DNA of 64,000 bases, taken from assembly GCF_052425735.1 (NCBI RefSeq), contig NC_135770.1, positions 27,156,001 to 27,220,000 on the forward strand, in the 5' to 3' direction. The DNA is from Oculina patagonica. Taxonomy: Eukaryota. The notes beneath the pieces were generated by a model. The model had not been told where the DNA came from, ran no database searches, and was given only the letters and a program-made list of their open reading frames with translations. How positions within the stretch are numbered: the stretch's first letter is position 1; each line of letters opens with the position of its first letter. Shown here in pieces: positions 24,401-38,283 of the stretch. Made by a program: the position numbers and the translations under genes.

Positions 24401-27373
24401 GCATTTGCTTCTGACAGGAATGGACTCCCAGCAAGTTCTGCCACACTAGGACCTGCAACAAAGTGTAGACATTGAAAGTACAAAAACAACTGCTAAACAA
24501 TGTACAACATGTAAATATTCCAGGATTGACCCAATAGAAGAAAATTTAACTCTAACCCTTACCCTATAAGACAACAACTGTAAGTGAGTTAAACAAGTTT
24601 TCCTACCTGTTTTGCCAAGACCAAGCTGTCTCTTTGTGACCTCGGCAATTGCCCCAAGACCCAACCCAGCAACCAGACCTGTGAGAAAAAAGATTTAAAT
24701 ATTTTTAAGAATATAAATAATCCATATTGACAATGAAATTGAAGAGGCTGAAAATTGATCTTGTAGTTAAAGTTCTGTAACTTTTGGCATTAATGTTGGT
24801 GGGTCTTGTTAACTCCAACACATCAGAAGATTGTGCTTTGGGCACCTTGCAAAATTGCTCATCAACATGAATTTTAACTGGGAGAGTAGATTGAATATGC
24901 AGAGAGAAATTTGAGGTTCTAACAAAAAAGTACAAACATACAAGTCATACAAAAAAGGAGAGAATGACAATCATTTGAACTGCTGCTTACCATGAAAGGG
25001 GTGGTGAAATTATGGTACCCAGAAAATTCCAAGTCTTGGAAAATTTTGGACTGATCATTGAATCTTGGATTCAACCTTTGTGATGAGTCACAAAGTCTTG
25101 TTTTTTGGGGGTTTCTTTGTGTCTGTGAGTCTCAAATTTTTGGCTGCAATGTCTCGGCGTCCTGTTTTTTTTTTTTTTTCTATTTCAGCCGAAGGTCTCG
25201 GTCAAGGGTATTGTTGTATTAAGAGCACTTGAGCTATGCCACCCGCTTAGATTTTTGCATAATTAAGTCTCAGGCTTGGTTTTGTCTGCACAGAGTCTAG
25301 GGCTAAGTTTTTCTAAAATTGTTGAAGTCTCGGCCTGCTCAGATTTTCAAACATGGGTCTTGGTGTCTCGACAAGTCTCAGATTTTTACCATTCGCCATC
25401 CCTCAAGAATAATTATTTAATTTAAGATACTTAATATTTAGATAGATGTTTAAGTAAGAACATTGACCAATAGAATGTCTTTTCACTAATTATATTACAA
25501 GCTTTTCAACAAGTTTCATGCAATGTTGATGGACATACCACTGTAGTTCCATAGTCGGCCAACCCTGGAAGAAGGGACTGCTGTTTCTTTTGATCTTCCA
25601 CTCAACTGCAGGGAAAATTTGCACCAATAGTAACACATTAACAATAAATAACTTGATACCTGTTTAAGTCTTAAACAAGAGGTTCCGCTATAAAAGGGAT
25701 GGCACCTCCCACATTTCACACTTCTCAGGCGCGAAATGCAAATTTGTACTCTTAACATTTGTGGCACGTTGTGGTGCCGAGCATCCTTCAAGCTGAACAT
25801 GCTTTGAAATCTCATGAAACCAAGATATATTATTGACAAAAATATGAAAAATAACTTCCTAACGTTTAAAAGAATATTCCTTAGTAGCGAAAATGAAACA
25901 CACTTTATCAGTTACAGTTGGGGAAAATACGCAGGTTGTTTGCCAGTTGTTTATGCTTTGATGATTGACTGACAACTGGGCGTGAGAATGGCCAGACCAG
26001 GCCCCTTTTATACCGGAACTTCTTGTTTAATATGTTGAATGCCCTCAAATTTTCCTTGAAGATCAGTGACAGAGGAAAGAGACATTTTTTGCATGTTACC
26101 CTTAGCATTTGGTCAGGCTTCACTAACAACACACCAGGACCCATTATTTTATACACCTGGGTGAAGAGAGGCAATGTAAAAGTTAAGTGTCTTGCCCAAA
26201 AACAACACAACACAACATTGGCCAACGCTTGACCCAAACTGCTTGATCTGATGAGTTCAGTGCATACCTTTACATAGTAAGGCTCTGCCAATACTCTTAT
26301 CCTAATCCCCAAGTTTGTGGGGAGATAAGTGAGGCTTGTATTTTTTCGTGCACAGCCTGAAGTCGCGAACTAACCTGCCACAGAGCTGTATTCCCCCTAT
26401 AACGCCATCTTGTTGTTGTCTTCATTATTGCGTTACCGGATATTGCGTTACTCACGGTGAATACGTGAACAGTGACATTAAACATGAAAAAATAGTGAGT
26501 CAGCATAAACCCTTGCCTCCCTGAAACTTGGGTTCAAACAAGTACTATTCAACTCTCTCAATTTCCATCAAGCAACAAATGGAGATAAAAACTTTAAAAG
26601 GTGAGTTTTCTTGTTTGAAAAGTGATGATAACCAAAACAATATTTCGATAATCTATGGCAGCCTACCAAGGCAACCAATTGGAGAGCAGATAGCATGTTA
26701 TATCTCCCTCTTTATGCACCTATCATGGTTAAGTCGAAGGGGAGGCTAGGTAAAGGAGATTTGACAGCAATTCTGCCGGGGTTTGTTTGGGGGGGCTAAG
26801 TTCAAATGCCCTATTCATGCCTGGCCTTCCTAGCCCCCCCTCCCCCACTACTTAACACTGATAGGTGCATTGTGTATAATTAAGTTTTAAGTTATTTTGA
26901 CATCTTCAATTGATGATTACATAATAGCTATTCATGTTCACCTTTTGATCGGTAGTACGACGTGAGGTGATGGCAGGATTCTTAGCTGCAGGTTTCCTCG
27001 CTGTTTTAGTTTTTAAATCTATATTTGTTTTACTGTTGTTTGTTGAATTCCGCTCAGGGGAGGTGTGGACGACTGCATGACTCGAAGCGGATGTAAATAA
27101 CGAACGCGCTGAGTGTAGATTAAGAATACGTGATCGCGATTCTCTCGAACACAACTTCATCCTTTCTGCATCACGTAGAGGAACGAATTTCTTGTCGAAA
27201 GTTTGCATGCGTTCATAACAGGTTTCTTTCAATTCCAGAAGATTTTCAGGAGTCGGTGGTGTTGCAGAAGATGTCTGCAATGTACATGCAGTGGTCGCAC
27301 GTTGTCTTGCAGTGACCATTCTTGAAACACTCGCCAACCTCTTCCACATCCGAAAATGCCTTTCATTCAACAT
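18442..27373 (-). CDS. COQ8: Atypical kinase COQ8 (ADCK3/ADCK4, UbiB family), mitochondrial; 13 exons
   Basis: Exons 27373(or 27349)-26942, 25605-25539, 24678-24607, 24452-24327, 23751-23666, 23174-23034, 22410-22329, 21861-21768, 21055-20914, 20163-20056, 19770-19705, 19342-19256, 18714-18442. Motifs [12 protein letters not shown] (KxGQ), [36 protein letters not shown] and [16 protein letters not shown]; Arg-rich N-terminal transit peptide. Confidence 0.95.
22069..22173. mobile_element. Tiny pogo-like MITE (105 bp)
   Basis: TA|CCGTAAAGACTCGTGTATAAGC ... GCTTATACACGAGTCTTTACGG|TA. Confidence 0.82.
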
Positions 27374-28136
27374 GCTTTGTTTCTTGAAGGTACTGTGCAC
27401 TAGCTGATTGTACCAGTGGCGATACAACACTCCCAATTACCACTGTACTACAGCCAGACTAAGTTACAGCCAGCGACGGCCATCTTGTTGTTTATCTTTA
27501 CCTCCCGCGTTTTCTTGGGGTCAGCAGTAATAGTGACGATGTAATACGTTATGTTAGCCACCCATTTGCGTCCCCAACAACGTGGGGAACTGACAGTAAA
27601 CAGGGCAGAAATATATCAAATGAAGAAAAAAATATTTCTGAAAATTTTATTTAACTTCCTGAGCAGAATCTTGGTGGCGTTGTAATTTTATTTGTGCGAT
27701 TACATGTTGGCTACATCAAATTGTGGGTGGAATACAGAAATACAAATCCAAGCGAATGCTACAAGGAAACAATTACAGAAAAAAAAAGAAAAAAAACTTC
27801 GTTTATTTGTACTCATAACTTGGATTTTGTACGTTTGTGAAAAACAAATGCAAATATTTCGTGATGAATTGTTGTTCCACAAAACTCAATGGTGCGAATA
27901 ATTGGTTCTTTGGTATCTTGTGGTCACGGTGGTCTTCATACTGTGTTTTGATTGGCTGCTGCCAAATGACTTCACTCGTCAAAACCGTCGAACCGTCGAA
28001 AATTAAAATAGCGGGACTTCATGTTCAGAGAAGTTTTCCAGATGGGAAACACGAGTCTTTAGCTTCCTTTAATAGTTTGTTTTCTTTCCTTTGACGAAAC
28101 CTTACCATCCTGTGAGGTTTTTGAACGGTTTTGGCC
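27374..28136. promoter_or_regulatory. Head-to-head intergenic region COQ8/CCDC85 (probable bidirectional promoter)
   Basis: Divergent ATGs ~760 bp apart; YY1-like GGCCATCTT at ~27478-27486 and CCAAT-like ATTGG at ~27951. Confidence 0.5.
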
Positions 28137-31100
28137 ATGAGTGGATTAGACAGGCACGGAAGAGAAAACTACGTGTCGAGAGAAGAGTACGAAAAGATGG
28201 TGGAAAAAGTTAAACAATGCGAAGCAGAAAAACTCAAAGTTATGAAGGACCAAGGAAATTTAATGAAGGAGTTTAACAAGAGGATGCAAGTTCATTTAGA
28301 AGAAATACGGTTACTGAAAGATGTGAATCAAAAGCTGCAAGCGGACCTTCAAGAACTACGCGATTTGACATGTTATTTGGACGACGATCGACAAAAATGC
28401 CGAAAACTCGCTCGCGAGTGGCAAAGATTTGGACGATATACAGCGTCTGTAATGCGCAATGAAGTCGCGAACTATCAAGAAAAGTTGAAGCTTTTAGAAC
28501 AGAAACAAAGCGAGCTTTCGAAAGACAATGCTGAGTTAAAGGAACTCTGTCTTTATCTCGACCGACAGCGCGAATCTGTCGCGCTCGAAAATCGAACGCT
28601 TTGCAGTAAATGCTCGCAGCGGGTCTCGAGTAACCAAAGTTTGTATTCCACGAGACAAAGCAATACAGGTATTTCATTGATTTTTCTTTCTGGAATTTTA
28701 CGGATACACTTAATCTCGAACTCAATTATTCACTTCTCTCTGTTATTGTCGGTGAATGCAGAGATAAAGATTCAACTCCTTGATAATGGGTCGGGGGATT
28801 ATCTTTTTGCACCAAAGAAGCGATTTACGAATTGGAATGGTTTCCGATCTAATTTACCTCCAAGTGGGTTCCATTTAGAAACTCTGCATACCAAGAGAAC
28901 TCACGTACAACTTTCTAATTTTAGCAGATTTTGTTGACGACTGCAGAAATTCTTTTTCTGAGAGGCTTGAAGCGAAATTGACGGACATACAAGTTGGAAC
29001 AAACAGCGAAACTTCGGTAAAGGTATAAAGTACATTGTTTGTTACACATTTAAGCTTTATATGTGTGCCCTTTTACGGTTTAGTTGGCAGTCAATTTATG
29101 CTGATATTCCGAGCTAAAATATGTACACGTTCACTTGAACTATGAGGGTCAAAACATTTAATTATTTTCTTAGGTAACACTTCGCAAACAATGTGTGAAT
29201 TAAGTGATGAAAATTAAAAGCTTATTCTAATCCACCGAAACACGAATTTCCGAGTTCAAAACAGCGCAGACACTCAAAGATGTTTTTTAAAAACACACAA
29301 ACATCATGAAAAACAGAGTTCCGGAGTTACAATATCAAATATGTTGTTGACATATTGGGTCGAAGACGGCAATGAAAGATCGAACATGACTTCAATATCG
29401 TCCATGATTTCCATAACATCACATAGCTATTAAAAGTTAATTATCTTTACAAAAGACCTTTTACGACGGCATGTTCTATTCTGTTGTTGCAATTTTCAAA
29501 GCGGTTTTCCGCGCCATTTGGCATGTGTTTTATTCATATGTGGATTGTTTGGCACGACTTGTGGCGTCGTGACATATTGCACTTGAGACTAACTGTGATT
29601 TCTTGAATTAATCAAAAAGGACAGCCCTGTCTCCTCACATAAGGCAGATGTTGCAAAGAAGAGGGTTTCCTTCACCTTTCCTGGGGATATAGATACGGTA
29701 TGTTGAAAAAATTGCTAATTAAAGCCATCTCGAAAGATTTTTGCATCCACAATCCACGCCACTTTTCTTGGGACACTCGTCGTTTTTGGCACTTCGGAAG
29801 AGGAAAAATTCAATAATTAACCCCCCGCCCCATTACAATGTTGTGTACCTTGAAAAACCAATGCCTACCGTTGCTGTCTGTTTTGCAACATTGGTTTCGG
29901 GGGAGGGGGTTCTCCATTCGAGAAATCGTGAGAATGTCACGTATACTTGGAAATGGGTGTCCCGTCTTTATGGCGCGGATTGCAGATACCCTTCTGGGCT
30001 ATAATTTGTACCAAAATGTCAGCAGGAGAGCTGGTCAAGTAGCTTCATGTAAAATATTTAACAATTCCAAGGTTTCTAAGTACCTAGAGATATGACCTCC
30101 ATATGCTACAATATTACAAAGTCTGAATATTTTTAGTTATGGGGGCAGCAAACTGATAATATAAATGAATCTTGCACTGTGAGACAAGGGTAAAGGTGGA
30201 TTGGTACCCACAGCATTAAGGGCCTGTTTACATGGAGGGAGTGTACCCCGGCTAACCGAGTTACCCAGCTAGAAGGGATGAAACATAGCCCGCCTTTTCA
30301 TGCAGAATTCACAGCCCTTCTGCCCGAGTTGAGACAGCGTCATTGAAGCGTGTCACAGCGTGGGAAAACCATGTAGCTCCAAAATATGATTGAAGAAAAA
30401 TATGACTTTTTACTAAATAATCAAAGCTGGCCATCTTCAAACCTATTTTATTGGGATGTGCAAGCTCTTAGAACTTTAGTACGTCCATTTATGGGGGAAT
30501 TCAATCGAAATTCAACAGTCTTTGGCCGCCAAATTGAAATTAAATTTGTTGTTTCGTGAGTTAGGATAATCATTCCTACGAAATATTCGAATTAATTAGC
30601 TGTTGCTGAAAGAAAAATTTTCCAGCCTACAGATAAAACTAATTTGATAATTTCAAATAGCACCGTTTGGGTCTAGAATTTATACATTTTATGCCATTAA
30701 CTTCAAATTTAGTTTAAGAACACGCGTGAAGACTTATCCAGGCAAGCCGGGATAGCCCGGGCATAACCGTTTACATGGCAAAAAGCTATCCTGCCTAGAA
30801 GGGTGCCCCAGGCAAGCAGACCGAGTGCCCCGGCAAGGTGGGTTTCCCGTCTTGCATGTAAACGCTTTGATGCGTTCTCTAAAGAAACGTATGAAAAGTT
30901 GGCTCGCCCAGGGTAGCTTGGTTAACCGGGTAACTCGGTTAGCTGGGGCACCCACCTTCCATGTAAACAGCCCCTAAATTTTTGTACCCATTTATACACC
31001 TGGGTGGAGAGATGTACTATGAGGGAAGTGTCTCTGCCCAAGACAAGGCAGAAATAAGAGAAAGTGTGGATGCACTGATCACGGGCAAAAAAGAACTTAC

Positions 31101-33940
31101 TTTAATTTATGTCTCATATGCACATGGATTTCCAGCTCTTTTTTGCTGTGTGTGTGGCTAGATTCCGGGAAAAAAATAGTTTTTGGATAGATGTCACTGC
31201 CGCGAGATTGCATTGCAATCTCAGTGTATGAACTCTCTGGGAAACAGGCCATTTCACCAAAATATAGACACGGACTAAATATTGTCACAAATATATGATT
31301 GCGATACAAAAACCACTGATGTCTAATAATTTTATTTTATTTATCTAAGTTATGATGTTGTTAATTTTATGGCCAGTTACTCACTGACAAACTGAAAAAT
31401 GGTCACTTTATTCTCTAATGCTACAAAATTACTTGGAGTTTCGCGCAGTCAAGATCATGAAAATCAGTCTAAAAACCAACAAAATCACTAACTAATAAAT
31501 AATTATTGCCAAAATATCCTAGAAAATTTAGTTGTCTTGAAAAGTTAATATCAAGGTGTTATTCCTTCAGGATACAGATAGCGTCAGAAGTGCAGACACT
31601 CCACCAAGAATTCCCAGAACCAATGGAATAAAAAGTAAGTTTATTGATTAGCAATCTTCATGGTTTTTTGTGTGGGGGGAAACAAAATTACAACCATTGA
31701 AATATTCATGCAATGCGCAGTGAAGATCACGAAACTACAGCCTGCATTGAATAAGCGCCCAACCCAGCAATGGCCCCTTTCGCAGAATCTTTAGGACTAC
31801 GTAGTAGAATTGAAGTTGACTGGACGATTTTAGATGTTTAGCTGTCTCTTGGTTTATAAGTTTGTTTTATTTCATAAATATTCTTCTGAAGTGGCAGATA
31901 AATAATGAGGATGAATTAATTTAATGTGCTAATTTACATGTTGACATTATTTAGATGGAAGTCAGCCAGGAATTCTAAGAAATGGGATGAAGTCACTTCC
32001 CAAACAGGTATTTATTGGCAGTGTTAGAAGCATCCTGTGTGAAGATCTAGAGAAACTGGGTAATTTTACATGTAAGCTTGGTAAATGAAATGATTGTCAT
32101 AAATGAATTCACTTGTCATAATTATGTAACAAAAAAAATTCTGATTCAAAATAATTTCCTAATGGGAGTTAAGTTACTTGTTCACCTGGACAATACTTTC
32201 TTACTTTTTTCTATGAGGGGTGTAGAAATTGGTAAAATCCAAAACTCGCCAAGATACCAAGACCCTTGTTTAACCCTAGATGCGCCAGCATTTTTGGAGG
32301 GGGTGGTCTGCAATCGCCACAGCAAATCATGTTCTCACATTTATATCACACTAAAAACATGTGTTCAAATAAATGTTTAATTCTACCTTCATGTTTTGGT
32401 CCAAGCCATCCAAAGTGACATACTCTAAAAAGCAAGGGCCCCAACCAAAAAAGGAGGAACAAAATATATAGTTTATCTAACTTTGCCACACCGCGATCCG
32501 CGGGCGAGTCCCCACCGAGACGAGAAAGTGATGACCTATACCAACAGCCGAAGAAATCACAGTTTCGACATTTGAGGTCCTGAAGATCCCATCCACGATC
32601 TGTCTGTTTGTTCTGAGGACGCAACTTTTGGGAGAGAAAAAAAACAAAATGGCCGCCATTCATCTCTCGTTGCATGCGGACCACTCGGTGACTGTCGGCT
32701 TCACGACTAATAACGAAGGGTTGTCAGGTTAACTAACGATAGATAGTACGCAATTCCTATTGGCCCAATGTGTTCCTGTGACTTGGTAACCAATCAAATT
32801 GTTCATACAATATGGGCCGATCACACGGCCGGCGCATCTAGGTGTTAAATGCCAGGCCGATCTGATCGGCCCGTGGCGCATCTAGGGTTAAAATCCGAGA
32901 CCGAGACGTTGCGATTCAAATCCCCGAGCACTAGGCATGAGACTGTGAGACTTATTGTGATTTTAGTTGTTTTTCTGTTGTTTTATGACAATTTATTTGG
33001 ATTAAACTGCTGTTGTGAGATTCGGAAACTCAAATTGCAAAATTCAAGATTCTGAGGCCAACTTTACTTTTACAAGCTCGCCTAAAGTTTGCCAAGACTC
33101 ATTATATTTCAAGGACCATTCTATACCTCTTCTTTGACTTAATCTTTCTTTTTATATGCAGGGTGAACTTCCATTCCCTTCCCCTCAACACATGACACCA
33201 GAGGCAGTGGCCCAAGCCATGAAAGTACTAGAAATACATGAGAGACTAGAACACCCTGATCATTCTGCTGAAATTGACGAGCCAGCTGATAGGCTGGGCA
33301 ATAATGAAGTGGAAGTCCTAAAAGAAATGTGTAATGTATGTACATGCAACAAAAGTTACTTGTACAGTTATTTGAATTTGGAGTGACAAACACGACACTG
33401 TAAAAGGTAGTTTTAAGTCTTTTCTAGCAATCTCAAGATCAAAACTTTTTCTTGCAAGTCTTGTGTTAAAGGCTTGCCACTGTGTCTGATGATGGTATGT
33501 TATGTGTTATATTAGCTAGTTAATCACATTTTGTCAGGGTCCTTGGATGAAATGCAGACATTTAAATAGATTTGGCACGGGTTGTTTAAGGGTGGATAGT
33601 GCTTTCTACTGGACAGCGATTTATCCAGTGGATAGTATTATCCTTCTTTTTTAGCAGCTGGGACCCTGCTGGATGAAGAGGCTTTATCAGTATGGGTAGT
33701 TAATGTTGAGAAAAAGAATGTTACAAAGGCTCCCAGTCAGGTTGTTAAATATATTTAGGAATTCTGTGGATTTTTTATTTTTAAATATAAAGTGATGCAT
33801 CATCATTATTCAATGTATAAATTAATAATAAATTTATAAATCTCTTTTAGGTTGTGTGGAGAAAGTTGTCTGATGAGCCAGACCAAAGACAAAATGGCAC
33901 TCCTGGGCATGAAGAAGAAATTCTGGAAGATTTGTTGTAA
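28137..33940 (+). CDS. CCDC85: Coiled-coil domain-containing protein 85 (CCDC85 family); 5 exons
   Basis: Exons 28137-28668, 31578-31634, 31955-32007, 33162-33335, 33851-33940. Motifs LKDVNQKLQ..ELRDL.CYLDDDRQKCRKLAREWQRFGRYTA, ELKELCLYLD, AMKVLEIHE and KEMCNVVWRKL. Confidence 0.92.
30220..30974. mobile_element. PIF/Harbinger-type MITE
   Basis: TIR GGGCCTGTTTACATGGAGG...GCTAACCGAGTTACCC / GGGTAACTCGGTTAGC...CCATGTAAACAGCCCC with TAA TSD. Confidence 0.82.
32274..32887. mobile_element. piggyBac-type MITE
   Basis: TTAA|CCCTAGATGCGCCA ... TGGCGCATCTAGGG|TTAA. Confidence 0.8.
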
Positions 33941-34861
33941 AATTAGCCTTTGGAAATGTATCAGACGTTCTCTAAGGCCATCCCCAAATTACCAGTTCAT
34001 TAAAATACTAATAAATACTTAAGTAATACATGCACACACAATATGATATATTGATCAGATAACTTCATAATTATAAAGCACTAAAAATAGTGTGAGTTAA
34101 CTGTACCACAGACAGTACATTGAATTCAGACTTTATATGAGGTTTAAGACAATTGACTGTATGCTTTTTAATTAATGATGAACTAAATTTACTTTACACT
34201 GCAGCTCCGACTTGTCAGTTTCACAGAACTGATAAACATTTCTTTTTAAAGGAGCTCTGTCATCCTCAGTTTTTACATGTTTGTTTGTAATCTGCCCCAA
34301 TCTTCCCTAATAACAATTATTGTTCCTTTCTGTTAAATTGTTAATTTTTTCCTGTTGAGTGTCTTTCTACCTTTATTTTGAGGTTTACTTGATTCCAGAT
34401 GGAACTTTGCACATTGCCAAAAAATACTCAACATATTGTGTTTACATAATTATATAGCTCCTTTAAAACTGTTACTTCTGAGAATCTTGAGGTTCATGAA
34501 GCCAATATCTCCTTGTTGATGATTTGATTTATAATAATTTTTCTTATCACGTGTCTCTTTGGCTGTCTACTGACATTGCAAGGAAAAACAAGACTTTAAT
34601 TTTTTTTAAATTTCTTTTGAAAAATACAGCAGAACTTGGAAATAAACCTTGAATTTCAGCTTGCTATTCTGCAAGCAGCTCTCAAATTTTGCTTGCTGGG
34701 GCGGTTGCTTGCTTGTCATAGTTTGCTTTATTATGATTTTGTCAACAGATGACATGCCTAAACCCTTGCCCATCAGGCAAGTGAGCCAGGCAGGAAAATC
34801 TACTTGTCTTAGATGCTGGACATTACTTTTTTCAAGCCCTCTACACTCTTTTTTTTTTTTA

Positions 34862-34909
<48 letters not shown>

Positions 34910-34924
34910 GGTTGATACTATCAG

Positions 34925-35155
34925 CAGGCTTTTAGCCAGGATTTAAAAAGTGGGAGTCCAAATTTTTTATAAGGCCTGACTTTGTCCCCATAGGCAGGCC
35001 TGAGGAGCATGCAAGGTGTTTTTCTGCAGTTATGAGTACAAAGGTATCTAAAGATTTCCAAATTTGCTAAAAAAACCCGGTATGCAGTTATATTAATTTT
35101 CTCTGAAAAGTGGCTGTCCACAGGATTCCTGGACTCCCACCTGGCTAAAAGCCTG
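34925..35155. mobile_element. hAT-type MITE
   Basis: TIR CAGGCTTTTAGCCAGG / CCTGGCTAAAAGCCTG; 8-bp TSD ACTATCAG/ACTGTCAG. Confidence 0.75.
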
Positions 35156-35606
35156 ACTGTCAGTTTGAAGTTAAGTCCTGCTTGTGTTAAGTAAGAGAGA
35201 ATCCTCTGCAAACTGGACTTTGGGAAAAAAAAAATAACATTTTATTGAGGTTATATAATTATGAAACTGAGCTGTAACTAACTATTATTGAAGATGTATA
35301 CAGATTAGAGTGCATTTTATGCATTTGACTTTATAGGCAGGCATGTAGTGCATAACTATTTAATATTTAATGTTTTCACTAGGTTTTTATGATGGAAGAA
35401 AATAAAATAGCTCTGACAGAGAATTCTTTGTAAAAAAGGTACAATTCTGTAAATAGCAGATCTAAATAAATTTATCTGTTAAATAAAAAATATTTGATTG
35501 GAGATGGAAATATTTTATTAACGCAATACATAACATAACACCAGGAAAATTGCATGAAAAAAGATTTGACTGCTTACAGTCAAATGGCTGATAACAAAAG
35601 AACTTA

Positions 35607-36406
35607 GGCCTAGTTCAGACATCGTGCTCCTGCCGTGCCGAACTAATTGTTTAGGTCACGTAGCACGGAGAAGCACGACCTGATTCAGACGTCGTGCCAG
35701 AGCCGCACAGGATACTGAATCTACGTAACAATTAGTCAGCGGTGATCCACCTTCCAGCAGAAACTCAAAGAAAAGCAACAGAAAAAACTTTTCCTTTTGC
35801 GAGTACGACGAATGTTTGTTTGTTTGCCCGATTAGTTTCCTAAAACTTGCTTATTTCGGATTCAGACCCGCTAGCTTCTTCTTCGCCCTGCTCCCTGTCA
35901 TTAGTGTCATCTACTTTTTGAATGAAACATCCTCGACGTGCTTTTAGCAGAAAAAATATTCATTGTATTCCTTTGGCTGACCGCCATGGTTTTTGCCGTC
36001 TGGCAAGAATAAAATTCAATAAAATTCAACTGGTAACGATGTTAAAACATAACTTCGTCACCAGGGCTTCTCCGTTTTCAAAATGGCGGCTAAAAACGGA
36101 GAAGACCCTGGGAACGAGGTTGTGCGCATACTCCGTAATGGAGAATTATTCTCGGTCTCCTCGTAACTCCTCGCGGGAACATAATCCCGCCAAAATACAT
36201 TAATATAATTTATGAATTTGGTTTGGTGCGGCAAAAGCACAACGTTTGAACCGCTGCCGTGCCAGAGTCGTGCGGCACGACATGCCATGTCGAACTAAAT
36301 TGCTTTGCCGAACTCAATTCAAAATTTGATTCAGACGCCGTCTTTTGTCGAACTTAATTCCTGAATTTAGTTCGGCACGGCAGGAGCACGATGTCTGAAC
36401 TAGGCC
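35607..36406. mobile_element. PIF/Harbinger-type MITE
   Basis: ~40-bp perfect TIR GGCCTAGTTCAGACATCGTGCTCCTGCCGTGCCGAACTAA, flanked by a TTA target duplication. Confidence 0.88.
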
Positions 36407-36506
36407 TTATTTACTGTACAATAACTGCACAGACCACAATAATATTATTGTGATAATGTGTCTAAAGTTATCCATCCAGTGCCTGTTCAAAAATCTTTTA
36501 GTTTCT

Positions 36507-36603
36507 ATTTGGATGGGACCCTATGAGTAAAATGTTCTTGGTGCAAACAGCAACTATTTGGACAGGACCCTATGACTAAAATGTTCTTGGTGCAAACAGC
36601 AAT
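36507..36603. repeat. 49-bp tandem duplication
   Basis: ATTTGGA..GGACCCTATGA.TAAAATGTTCTTGGTGCAAACAGCAA occurs twice in tandem. Confidence 0.8.
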
Positions 36604-37327
36604 ACCAGTTAGGGAACCTCTCTAAACATAATATGAACCCAAAATTAACACAAGCATTCTCTAACAAGGTAAAGTACAATGCAAAATAATCTCCTACGCT
36701 CTTTGGGCTCGTAACACATTCCTCCCTGGAGGAGGAACGTGACGAACCAAAAGAACATCTGCATACTAGGAGCCTGCTACAGCAGGGGCTTATAATTATT
36801 CTGGAGGGCTAATCTTTGGGGGACTTTTTTTTAGATTGTTTTTGCCAAAATCTCCCTGCAGGTTGCATATTTTTGTATGCTTATTTACTTGCTGCACGAG
36901 AAAGAGAGCAGTCCAGTGTGAAGAAATTTACACTGCCCTTCCTCCTAAAAGACTGGTTTCAGTTTTGGTGTTGTTTTTTTTTTCCTTTTTTTTTCTATTT
37001 TAGTTTTTTTATAATGAATGTGTGGGCAGTCCAGAATGACAATTATTTTAATCTTATTACTAAAAGGTTCTTGATTTTGCATTTTTACGACATTTCTTTT
37101 GAAAATAGAAAACAGCCTTGCGTGTCCAAACTACAAGAAGCGCCCATTAATGTTTGCACTGAACCAGCAGGTATCACTCTATCCCTGTGAGGGAGGAATC
37201 TGGGATTCAAACCATAACCATCGAAGGTCATTGGAAATTTGAGGGGGGTGGTGGGGGTTCAAAACAAAAAATCCTTCAGTGGGAAGAAGCATGTATATTT
37301 TCTGGAACATGTTATCCTATGTGACCT

Positions 37328-37587
37328 TAGAGCAGTTTTCAATTGAGTGTCGTAAAACCAAAACCAATATAATTACTTCGGCCAATCACAAAAGACAGGA
37401 ACAATCCAAATAATGTAGCCAGCGCAAAGCGCGGGAAAACGTGCGCGAGCGAGTCACGATTGGTTTTGGTTTTAGTACTGATTGGCTGAGAAAGTGGCGC
37501 GAGATTTTAAAGCCAATCACTGAGCGTAGCAATTCAAAACCAAAGCAAACGCAATTTACTTTTGACACTCAAGTGAAAACTGCTCTA
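37328..37587. mobile_element. Interspersed TIR element; second copy at ~5707-6015
   Basis: TAGAGCAGTTTTCAATTGAGTGTC ... GACACTCAAGTGAAAACTGCTCTA; both copies share GCGCGGGAAAACGTG and TTGGCTGAGAAAGTGGCGCGAG. Confidence 0.75.
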
Positions 37588-37789
37588 ATCTTGTATTTTT
37601 GAATTCACAAATTTTACTGATTAGTTGGGATTGGAAATGATTCTGGATTTGAACCAAAAAATTTCATGTTGCTGGTTAGTTTGATGTCCCAGATTGTCCA
37701 CGAGGAATCTTGAATGACTCTATCATAGGGGTCAGGCTGAGCTGGAACAAGAGATTTGCTGTCTCTGGCTTACTAGTACCTAGCATTAA

Positions 37790-38120
37790 ATAGCATCACA
37801 GGGCCTGCTATGTGTGCAAAGAGCTAGGTAGCTGAAGCCCTCTGCACGCATTGCATACCTGTACTATTGCATGCCTATAACGCTAGAATGATAGGTCTGC
37901 AAAGAGTGCAAAGACCTACAGCTTCATAGCCCTCCTGCATGCATTGTTTGCCTTTAACACTAGTATGATAGGCCTACAATGTGTACAAAGGGCTACACCT
38001 CCAAAGCTGTACACATATGTTGCACGCCTAAAATACTAGTTTGATAGACCTGTAATGTGTGTAAAGTGTTACAGCAACACAGTACTGATCTGCACACACT
38101 TTATACCTATTAATGCTAGC
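37790..38120. repeat. Degenerate ~76-bp tandem repeat (4-5 units)
   Basis: CTAG.ATGATAGG.CT.CAATGTGT.CAAAG..CTACA.C recurs at ~37883, 37960 and 38036, and partially at ~37790. Confidence 0.6.
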
Positions 38121-38283
38121 CAATCTTTATTACACCATGCTAACACTGCATACATTTAAAACAGCTAGTTTAGTAGGTTCCAGACATCTGTATTACCAGT
38201 AAAAAAAACTTCAGCTGTTGAAAACCAGTTTAACCCAAGGGTTTTATGCAAATTAGAAAAGTAACAATGTGTCAGTAGAAAAC

